From Ptychomitrium polyphyllum (lineage: Eukaryota): a stretch of DNA of 64,000 nucleotides. Below, piece after piece: positions 25,001 through 36,300 of this stretch. A program made the translations under genes and the position numbers. How positions within the stretch are numbered: the first letter of the stretch is position 1; every line of letters begins with the position of its first letter. Location: NCBI GenBank assembly GCA_973851085.1, contig OZ316776.1:10416001-10480000 (forward strand). Reading direction: 5' to 3'. A model generated the notes under the pieces. That model worked only from the letters and a program-made list of their open reading frames with translations. It ran no database searches and had not been told where the DNA came from.

Positions 25001-27367
25001 AGAGCCTTCAACTCTCCAATTTGCTGTGGAAGTTGCGGCAAGGATTAACACCTAGATAGGTCCAAGGAAGTAAGAGCCTTCAACTCTCTAATTTGCTGTG
25101 GAAGTTGCTGCAAGGATAAACACCTAGATCGGTCCAAGGAAGTAAGAGCCTTCAACTCTCCACTTTGTTGTGGAAGTTGCGGCAGGGATGAACACCCAGA
25201 TAGGTCCAAGGACATAAGAGCCTTCAACTCTCCAATTTGCTGTGGAAGTTGCTGCATGGATGAACACCCAGATAGGTCCAAGGACGTAAGAGCCTTCAAC
25301 TCTCCAATTTGTTGTGGAAGTTACTGCAAGGATGAACACCCAGATAGGTCCAAGTAAGTAAGAGCCTTCAACTCTCTAATTTGCTGTGGAAGTTGCTGCA
25401 AGGATAAACACCTAGATAGGTCCAAGAACGTAAGAGCCTTCAACTCTCCAATTTGCTGTGGAAGTTGCTGCAGGGATGAACACCTAGATAGGTCCAAGGA
25501 CGTAAGAGCCTTCAACTCTCCAATTTGTTGTGGAAGTTGCTGCAAAGATGAACACCCAGATAGGTCCAAGGACGTAAGAGCCTTCAACTCTCCAATTTGT
25601 TGTGGAAGTTGCTGCAAGGATGAACACCCAGATAGGTCCAAGGACGTAAGAGCCTTCAACTCTCCAATTTGTTGTGGAAGTTGCTGCAAGGATGAACACC
25701 CAGATAGGTCCAAGGACGTAAGAGCCTTCAACTCTCTAATTTGTTGTGGAAGTTGCTGCAAGGATAAACACCTAGATAGGTCCAAGGACGTAAGAGCCTT
25801 CAACTCTCCAATTTGTTGTGGAAGTTGCTGCAAGGATGAACACCCAGATAGCTCTAAGGTTATAAGAACCTTCAACTCTCCAATTTGCTGTGGAAGTTGC
25901 TGCAAGGATGAACACTTAGATAGGTCCAAGGACGTAGGAGCCTTCAACTCTCCAATTTGCTATGGAAGTAGCTGCAAGGATGAACACCCAGATAGGTCCA
26001 AGGCGTAAGAGCCTTCAACTCTCCAATTTGCTGTGGAAGTTGCTGCAGGGATGAACACCCAGATAGGTCCAAGGTCGTAAGAGCCTTCAACTCTCCAATT
26101 TGCTGTGGAAGTTGCTGCAAGGATGAACACCCAGATAGGTCCAAGCACGTAAGAGCCTTCAACTCTCCAATTTGTTGTGGAAGTTGCTGCAAGGATGAAC
26201 ACCCAGATAGGTCCAAGGACGTAAGAGCCTTCAACTCTCTAATTTGCTGTGGAAGTTGCTGCAGGGATGAACACCCAGATAGGTCCAAGGACGTAAGAGC
26301 CTTCAACTCTCCAATTTGTTGTGGAAGTTGCTGCAAGGATGAACACCCAGTTAAGTCCAAGGAAGTATGAGCCTTCAATTCTTCAATTTGCTATGGAAGT
26401 TGCTGCAATGATGAACATCCAGATAGGTCCAAGGACATAAGAGCTTTCAACTTTCCAATTTGCTGTGGTAGTTGCAGCAAGGATTAACACCTAGATAGGT
26501 CCAAGGCGTAAGAGCCTTCAACTCTCCAATTTGCTGTGGAAGTTGCTGCAGGGATGAACACCCAGATAGGTCCAAGGACATAAGAGCCTTCAACTCTCCA
26601 ATTTGCTGTGGAAGTTGCTGCAGGGATGAACACCCAGATAGGTCCAAGGACATAAGAGCCTTCAACTCTCCAATTTGCTGTGGAAGTTGCTGCATGGATG
26701 AACACCCAGATAGGTCCAAGGACATAAGAGCCTTCAACTCTCCAATTTGCTGTGGAAGTTGCGGCAAGGATTAACACCTAGATAGGTCCAAGGACGTAAG
26801 AGCCTTCAACTGTCTAATTTGCTGTGGAAGTTGCTGCAAGGATAAACACCGAGATAGGTCCAAGGACATAAGAGCCTTCAACTCTCCAATTTGCTGTGGA
26901 AGTTGCTGCAAGGATGAACACCCAGTTAAGTCCAAGGAAGTATGAGCCTTCAACTCTCCAATTTGCTGTGGAAGTTGCGGCAAGGATTAACACCTAGATA
27001 GGTCCAAGGACGTAAGAGCCTTCAGCTCTCTAATTTGCTGTGGAAGTTGCTGCAAGGATGAACACCCAGATATGTCCAAGGAAGTATGAGCCTTCAACTC
27101 TCTAATTTGCTGTGGAAGTTGCTGCAAGGATAAACACCCAGATAGGTCCAAGGACGTAACAGCCTTCAACTCTCCAATTTTCTGTGGAAGTTGCTGCAAG
27201 GATGAACAATTAGATAGGTCCAAGGACGTAGGAGCCTTCAACTCTCCAATTTGCTGTGGAAGTTGCTGCAAGGATGAACACCCAGATAGGTCCAAGGCGT
27301 AAGAGCCTTCAATTCTCCAATTTTCTGTGGAAGTTGCTGCAAGGATGAACACTTAGATAGGTCCAAG
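18975..27367. repeat. Higher-order repeat, 4170-bp unit (58 monomers minus 6 bp), 2 tandem copies, containing the 1726-bp HOR
   Basis: ORF pairs 19149/23319, 20048/24218, 21774/25944, 22277/26447 and 22817/26987 are all offset by 4170. Confidence 0.93.
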
Positions 27368-30300
27368 GACGTAGGAGCCTTCAACTCTCCAATTTTCTGT
27401 GGAAGTTGCTGCAAGGATGAACACCCAGATAGGTCCAAGGACATAAGAACCTTCAACTCTCCAATTTGCTGTGGAAGTTGCGGCAAGGATTAACACCTAG
27501 ATAGGTCCAAGGAAGTAAGAGCCTTCAACTCTCCAATTTGCTGTGGAAGTTGCTGCAGGGATGAACACCCAGATAGGTCCAAGGACATAAGAGCCTTCAA
27601 CTCTCCAATTTGCTGTGGAAGTTGCTGCATGGATGAACACCCAGATAGGTCCAAGGACGTAAGAGCCTTCAACTCTCCAATTTGTTGTGGAAGTTACTGC
27701 AAGGATGAACACCCAGATAGGTCCAAGTAAGTAAGAGCCTTCAACTCTCTAATTTGCTGTGGAAGTTGCTGCAAGGATAAACACCTAGATAGGTCCAAGA
27801 ACGTAAGAGCCTTCAACTCTCCAATTTGCTGTGGAAGTTGCTGCAGGGATGAACACCCAGATAGGTCCAAGGACGTAAGAGCCTTCAACTCTCCAATTTG
27901 TTGTGGAAGTTGCTGCAAGGATGAACACCCAGATAGGTCCAAGGACGTAAGAGCCTTCAACTCTCCAATTTGTTGTGGAAGTTGCTGCAAGGATGAACAC
28001 CCAGATAGGTCCAAGGACGTAAGAGCCTTCAACTCTCCAATTTGTTGTGGAAGTTGCTGCAAGGATGAACACCCAGATAGGTCCAAGGACGTAAGAGCCT
28101 TCAACTCTCTAATTTGCTGTGGAAGTTGCTGCAGGGATGAACACCCAGATAGGTCCAAGGACGTAAGAGCCTTCAACTCTCCAATTTGTTGTGGAAGTTA
28201 CTGCAAGGATGAACACCCAGATAGGTCCAAGTAAGTAAGAGCCTTCAACTCTCTAATTTGCTGTGGAAGTTGCTGCAAGGATAAACACCTAGATAGGTCC
28301 AAGAACGTAAGAGCCTTCAACTCTCCAATTTGCTGTGGAAGTTGCTGCAGGGATGAACACCCAGTTAGGTCCAAGGACGTAAGAGCCTTCAACTCTCCAA
28401 TTTGTTGTGGAAGTTGCTGCACGGATGAACACCCAGATAGGTCCAAGGACGTAAGAGCCTTCAACTCTCCAATTTGTTGTGGAAGTTGCTGCAAGGATGA
28501 ACACCCAGATAGGTCCAAGGACGTAAGAGCCTTCAACTCTCCAATTTGTTGTGGAAGTTGCTGCAAGGATGAACACCCAGATAGGTCCAAGGACGTAAGA
28601 GCCTTCAACTCTCCAATTTGTTGTGGAAGTTGCGGCAAGGATTAACACCTAGATAGGTCCAAGGACGTAAGAGCCTTCAACTGTCTAATTTGCTGTGGAA
28701 GTTGCTGCAAGGATAAACACCGAGATAGGTCCAAGGACATAAGAGCCTTCAACTCTCCAATTTGCTGTGGAAGTTGCTGCAAGGATGAACACCCAGTTAA
28801 GTCCAAGGAAGTATGAGCCTTCAACTCTCCAATTTGCTGTGGAAGTTGCGGCAAGGATTAACACCTAGATAGGTCCAAGGACGTAAGAGCCTTCAGCTCT
28901 CTAATTTGCTGTGGAAGTTGCTGCAAGGATGAACACCCAGATATGTCCAAGGAAGTATGAGCCTTCAACTCTCTAATTTGCTGTGGAAGTTGCTGCAAGG
29001 ATAAACACCCAGATAGGTCCAAGGACGTAACAGCCTTCAACTCTCCAATTTTCTGTGGAAGTTGCTGCAAGGATGAACACTTAGATAGGTCCAAGGACGT
29101 AGGAGCCTTCAACTCTCCAATTTGCTGTGGAAGTTGCTGCAAGGATGAACACCCAGATAGGTCCAAGGCGTAAGAGCCTTCAATTCTCCAATTTTCTGTG
29201 GAAGTTGCTGCAAGGATGAACACCCAGATAGGTCCAAGGACATAAGAACCTTCAACTCTCCAATTTGCTGTGGAAGTTGCGGCAAGGATTAACACCTAGA
29301 TAGGTCCAAGGAAGTAAGAGCCTTCAACTCTCCAATTTGCTGTGGAAGTTGCTGCAGGGATGAACACCCAGATAGGTCCAAGGACATAAGAGCCTTCAAC
29401 TCTCCAATTTGCTGTGGAAGTTGCTGCATGGATGAACACCCAGATAGGTCCAAGGACGTAAGAGCCTTCAACTCTCTAATTTGTTGTGGAAGTTACTGCA
29501 AGGATGAACACCCAGATAGGTCCAAGTAAGTAAGAGCCTTCAACTCTCTAATTTGCTGTGGAAGTTGCTGCAAGGATAAACACCTAGATAGGTCCAAGAA
29601 CGTAAGAGCCTTCAACTCTCCAATTTGCTGTGGAAGTTGCTGCAGGGATGAACACCCAGATAGGTCCAAGGACGTAAGAGCCTTCAACTCTCCAATTTGT
29701 TGTGGAAGTTGCTGCAAGGATGAACACCCAGATAGGTCCAAGGACGTAAGAGCCTTCAACTCTCCAATTTGTTGTGGAAGTTGCTGCAAGGATGAACACC
29801 CAGATAGGTCCAAGGACGTAAGAGCCTTCAACTCTCCAATTTGTTGTGGAAGTTGCTGCAAGGATGAACACCCAGATAGGTCCAAGGACGTAAGAGCCTT
29901 CAACTCTCTAATTTGCTGTGGAAGTTGCTGCAAGGATGAACACCCAGATAGGTCCAAGTAAGTAAGAGCCTTCAACTCTCTAATTTGCTGTGGAAGTTGC
30001 TGCAAGGATAAACACCTAGATAGGTCCAAGAACGTAAGAGCCTTCAACTCTCCAATTTGTTGTGGAAGTTACTGCAAGGATGAACACCCAGATAGGTCCA
30101 AGTAAGTAAGAGCCTTCAACTCTCTAATTTGCTGTGGAAGTTGCTGCAAGGATAAACACCTAGATAGGTCCAAGGACATAAGAGCCTTCAACTCTCCAAT
30201 TTGCTGTGGAAGTTGCTGCAGGGATGAACACCCAGTTAGGTCCAAGGACGTAAGAGCCTTCAACTCTCCAATTTGTTGTGGAAGTTGCTGCACGGATGAA

Positions 30301-33300
30301 CACCCAGATAGGTCCAAGGACGTAAGAGCCTTCAACTCTCCAATTTGTTGTGGAAGTTGCTGCAAGGATGAACACCCAGATAGGTCCAAGGACGTAAGAG
30401 CCTTCAACTCTCCAATTTGTTGTGGAAGTTGCTGCAAGGATGAACACCCAGATAGGTCCAAGGACGTAAGAGCCTTCAACTCTCTAATTTGCTGTGGAAG
30501 TTGCTGCAGGGATGAACACCCAGATAGGTCCAAGGACGTAAGAGCCTTCAACTCTCCAATTTGTTGTGGAAGTTGCTGCAAGGATGAACACCCAGATAGG
30601 TCCAAGGACGTAAGAGCCTTCAACTCTCTAATTTGCTGTGGAAGTTGCTGCAGGGATGAACACCCAGATAGGTCCAAGGACGTAAGAGCCTTCAACTCTC
30701 CAATTTGTTGTGGAAGTTGCTGCAAGGATGAACACCCAGTTAAGTCCAAGGAAGTATGAGCCTTCAATTCTTCAATTTGCTATGGAAGTTGCTGCAATGA
30801 TGAACACCCAGATAGGTCCAAGGACGTAAGAGCCTTCAACTCTCTAATTTGCTGTGGAAGTTGCGGCAAGGATTAACACCTAGATAGGTCCAAGGACGTA
30901 AGAGCCTTCAACTCTCTAATTTGCTGTGGAAGTTGCTGCAAGGATGAACACCCAGATATGTCCAAGGAAGTATGAGCCTTCAACTCTCTAATTTGCTGTG
31001 GAAGTTGCTGCAAGGATAAACACCCAGATAGGTCCAAGGACGTAACAGCCTTCAACTCTCCAATTTTCTGTGGAAGTTGCTGCAAGGATGAACACTTAGA
31101 TAGGTCCAAGGACGTAGGAGCCTTCAACTCTCCAATTTGCTGTGGAAGTTGCTGCAAGGATGAACACCCAGATAGGTCCAAGGCGTAAGAGCCTTCAATT
31201 CTCCAATTTTCTGTGGAAGTTGCTGCAAGGATGAACACCCAGATAGGTCCAAGGACATAAGAACCTTCAACTCTCCAATTTGCTGTGGAAGTTGCGGCAA
31301 GGATTAACACCTAGATAGGTCCAAGGAAGTAAGAGCCTTCAACTCTCCAATTTGCTGTGGAAGTTGCTGCAGGGATGAACACCCAGATAGGTCCAAGGAC
31401 ATAAGAGCCTTCAACTCTCCAATTTGCTGTGGAAGTTGCTGCATGGATGAACACCCAGATAGGTCCAAGGACGTAAGAGCCTTCAACTCTCCAATTTGTT
31501 GTGGAAGTTGCTGCAAGGATGAACACCCAGATAGGTCCAAGGACGTAAGAGCCTTCAACTCTCCAATTTGTTGTGGAAGTTGCGGCAAGGATGAACACCC
31601 AGATAGGTCCAAGGACGTAAGAGCCTTCAACTCTCCAATTTGTTGTGGAAGTTGCTGCAAGGATGAACACCCAGATAGGTCCAAGGACGTAAGAGCCTTC
31701 AACTCTCTAATTTGCTGTGGAAGTTGCTGCAGGGATGAACACCCAGATAGGTCCAAGGACGTAAGAGCCTTCAACTCTCCAATTTGTTGTGGAAGTTGCT
31801 GCAAGGATGAACACCCAGATAGGTCCAAGGACGTAAGAGCCTTCAACTCTCCAATTTGTTGTGGAAGTTGCTGCAAGGATGAACACCCAGATAGGTCCAA
31901 GGACGTAAGAGCCTTCAACTCTCCAATTTGTTGTGGAAGTTGCTGCAAGGATGAACACCCAGATAGGTCCAAGGACGTAAGAGCCTTCAACTCTCCAATT
32001 TGTTGTGGAAGTTGCTGCAAGGATGAACACCCAGATAGGTCCAAGGACGTAAGAGCCTTCAACTCTCCAATTTGCTGTGGAAGTTGCTACAAGGATAAAC
32101 ACCGAGATAGGTCCAAGGACGTAAGAGCCTTCAACTCTCCAATTTGTTGTGGAAGTTGCTGCAAGGATAAACACCCAGATAGGTCCAAGGACGTAAGAGC
32201 CTTCAACTCTCCAATTTGTTGTGGAAGTTGCTGCAAGGATGAACACCCAGATAGGTCCAAGGACGTAAGAGCCTTCAACTCTCCAATTTGTTGTGGAAGT
32301 TGCTGCAAGGATGAACACCCAGATAGGTCCAAGGACGTAAGAGCCTTCAACTCTCTAATTTGCTGTGGAAGTTGCTACAAGGATAAACACCTAGATAGGT
32401 CCAAGGACGTAAGAGCCTTCAACTCTCCAATTTGCTGTGGAAGTTGCTGCAGGGATGAACACCCAGATAGGTCCAAGGACGTAAGAGCCTTCAACTCTCC
32501 AATTTGTTGTGGAAGTTGCTGCAAGGATGAACACCCAGATAGGTCCAAGCACGTAAGAGCCTTCAACTCTCCAATTTGTTGTGGAAGTTGCTGCAAGGAT
32601 GAACACCCAGATAGGTCCAAGGACGTAAGAGCCTTCAACTCTCTAATTTGCTGTGGAAGTTGCTGCAGGGATGAACACCCAGATAGGTCCAAGGACGTAA
32701 GAGCCTTCAACTCTCCAATTTGTTGTGGAAGTTGCTGCAAGGATGAACACCCAGATATGTCCAAGGAAGTATGAGCCTTCAACTCTCTAATTTGCTGTGG
32801 AAGTTGCTGCAAGGATAAACACCCAGATAGGTCCAAGGACATAAGAGCCTTCAACTCTCCAATTTGCTGTGGAAGTTGCTACAAGGATAAACACCCAGAT
32901 AGGTCCAAGGACATAAGAGCCTTCAACTCTCCAATTTGCTGTGGAAGTTGCTGCAAGGATGAACACCCAGATAGGTCCAAGGACATAAGAGCCTTCAACT
33001 CTCCAATTTGTTGTGGAAGATGCTGCAAGGATGAACACCTAGATAGGTCCAAGGACGTAAGAGTCTTCAACCCTCCAATTTGCTGTGGAAGTTGCTGCAA
33101 GGATAAACACCTAGATAGGTCCAAGGAAGTAAGAGCCTTCAACTCTCCAATTTGTTGTGGAAGTTGCTGCAAGGATGAACACCCAGATAGGTCCAAGGAC
33201 GTAAGAGCCTTCAACTCTCCAATTTGCTTTAGAAGATGCTGCAAGGATGAACACCTAGATAGGTCCAAGGACGTAAGAGTCTTCAACCCTCCAATTTGCT

Positions 33301-33369
33301 GTGGAAGTTGCTGCAAGGATAAACACCTAGATAGGTCCAAGGAAGTAAGAGCCTTCAACTCTCCAATTT

Positions 33370-36300
33370 GTTGTGGAAGTTGCTGCAAGGATGAACACCC
33401 AGATAGGTCCAAGGACGTAAGAGCCTTCAACTCTCCAATTTGCTTTAGAAGATGCTGCAAGGATGAACACCTAGATAGGTCCAAGGACGTAAGAGTCTTC
33501 AACCCTCCAATTTGCTGTGGAAGTTGCTGCAAGGATAAACACCTAGATAGGTCCAAGGAAGTAAGAGCCTTCAACTCTCTAATTTGCTGTGGAAGTTGCT
33601 GCAAGGATAAACACCTAGATAGGTCCAAGGAAGTAAGAGCCTTCAACTCTCCAATTTGTTGTGGAAGTTGCGGCAGGGATGAACACCCAGATAGGTTCAA
33701 GGACATAAGAGCCTTCAACTCTCCAATTTGCTGTGGAAGTTGCTGCATGGATGAACACCCAGATAGGTCCAAGGACGTAAGAGCCTTCAACTCTCCAATT
33801 TGTTGTGGAAGTTACTGCAAGGATGAACACCCAGATAGGTCCAAGTAAGTAAGAGCCTTCAACTCTCTAATTTGCTGTGGAAGTTGCTGCAAGGATAAAC
33901 ACCTAGATAGGTCCAAGAACGTAAGAGCCTTCAACTCTCCAATTTGCTGTGGAAGTTGCTGCAGGGATGAACACCTAGATAGGTCCAAGGACGTAAGAGC
34001 CTTCAACTCTCCAATTTGTTGTGGAAGTTGCTGCAAAGATGAACACCCAGATAGGTCCAAGGACGTAAGAGCCTTCAACTCTCCAATTTGTTGTGGAAGT
34101 TGCTGCAAGGATGAACACCCAGATAGGTCCAAGGACGTAAGAGCCTTCAACTCTCCAATTTGTTGTGGAAGTTGCTGCAAGGATGAACACCCAGATAGGT
34201 CCAAGGACGTAAGAGCCTTCAACTCTCTAATTTGTTGTGGAAGTTGCTGCAAGGATAAACACCCAGATAGGTCCAAGGACGTAAGAGCCTTCAACTCTCC
34301 AATTTGCTGTGGAAGTTGCTGCAAGGATGAACACCCAGATAGCTCTAAGGTTATAAGAACCTTCAACTCTCCAATTTTCTGTGGAAGTTGCTGCAAGGAT
34401 GAACACTTAGATAGGTCCAAGGACGTAGGAGCCTTCAACTCTCCAATTTGCTATGGAAGTAGCTGCAAGGATGAACACCCAGATAGGTCCAAGGACGTAA
34501 GAGCCTTCAACTCTCCAATTTGCTGTGGAAGTTGCTGCAGGGATGAACACCCAGATAGGTCCAAGGTCGTAAGAGCCTTCAACTCTCCAATTTGCTGTGG
34601 AAGTTGCTGCAAGGATGAACACCCAGATAGGTCCAAGCACGTAAGAGCCTTCAACTCTCCAATTTGTTGTGGAAGTTGCTGCAAGGATGAACACCCAGAT
34701 AGGTCCAAGGACGTAAGAGCCTTCAACTCTCTAATTTGCTGTGGAAGTTGCTGCAGGGATGAACACCCAGATAGGTCCAAGGACGTAAGAGCCTTCAACT
34801 CTCCAATTTGTTGTGGAAGTTGCTGCAAGGATGAACACCCAGTTAAGTCCAAGGAAGTATGAGCCTTCAATTCTTCAATTTGCTATGGAAGTTGCTGCAA
34901 TGATGAACATCCAGATAGGTCCAAGGACATAAGAGCTTTCAACTTTCCAATTTGCTGTGGTAGTTGCAGCAAGGATTAACACCTAGATAGGTCCAAGGCG
35001 TAAGAGCCTTCAACTCTCCAATTTGCTGTGGAAGTTGCTGCAGGGATGAACACCCAGATAGGTCCAAGGACATAAGAGCCTTCAACTCTCCAATTTGCTG
35101 TGGAAGTTGCTGCAGGGATGAACACCCAGATAGGTCCAAGGACATAAGAGCCTTCAACTCTCCAATTTGCTGTGGAAGTTGCTGCATGGATGAACACCCA
35201 GATAGGTCCAAGGACATAAGAGCCTTCAACTCTCCAATTTGCTGTGGAAGTTGCGGCAAGGATTAACACCTAGATAGGTCCAAGGACGTAAGAGCCTTCA
35301 ACTGTCTAATTTGCTGTGGAAGTTGCTGCAAGGATAAACACCGAGATAGGTCCAAGGACATAAGAGCCTTCAACTCTCCAATTTGCTGTGGAAGTTGCTG
35401 CAAGGATGAACACCCAGTTAAGTCCAAGGAAGTATGAGCCTTCAACTCTCCAATTTGCTGTGGAAGTTGCGGCAAGGATTAACACCTAGATAGGTCCAAG
35501 GACGTAAGAGCCTTCAGCTCTCTAATTTGCTGTGGAAGTTGCTGCAAGGATAAACACCCAGATAGGTCCAAGGACGTAACAGCCTTCAACTCTCCAATTT
35601 TCTGTGGAAGTTGCTGCAAGGATGAACACTTAGATAGGTCCAAGGACGTAGGAGCCTTCAACTCTCCAATTTGCTATGGAAGTAGCTGCAAGGATGAACA
35701 CCCAGATAGGTCCAAGGCGTAAGAGCCTTCAATTCTCCAATTTTCTGTGGAAGTTGCTGCAAGGATGAACACCCAGATAGATTCAAGGACATAAGAGCCT
35801 TCAACTCTCCAATTTGCTGTGGAAGTTGCGGCAAGGATTAACACCTAGATAGGTCCAAGGAAGTAAGAGCCTTCAACTCTCTAATTTGCTGTGGAAGTTG
35901 CTGCAAGGATAAACACCTAGATAGGTCCAAGGAAGTAAGAGCCTTCAACTCTCCAATTTGCTGTGGAAGTTGCTGCAGGGATGAACACCCAGATAGGTCC
36001 AAGGACATAAGAGCCTTCAACTCTCCAATTTGCTGTGGAAGTTGCTGCATGGATGAACACCCAGATAGGTCCAAGGACGTAAGAGCCTTCAACTCTCCAA
36101 TTTGTTGTGGAAGTTACTGCAAGGATGAACACCCAGATAGGTCCAAGTAAGTAAGAGCCTTCAACTCTCTAATTTGCTGTGGAAGTTGCTGCAAGGATAA
36201 ACACCTAGATAGGTCCAAGAACGTAAGAGCCTTCAACTCTCCAATTTGCTGTGGAAGTTGCTGCAGGGATGAACACCCAGATAGGTCCAAGGACGTAAGA

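Noticed and set aside
31707..32318. Hydrophobic repeat protein ([24 protein letters not shown])n on the - strand
   Set aside because: It is an alternative frame of the same monomer. Chimeric ORFs joining it to the LRR frame arise only from the 1-bp deletion.
31443..32774. Cys-rich metallothionein/keratin-associated-like proteins on the + strand ([24 protein letters not shown])n
   Set aside because: This is the antisense shadow of the LRR frame, open only because the 72-bp consensus lacks a stop in that frame. There is no independent evidence of coding.
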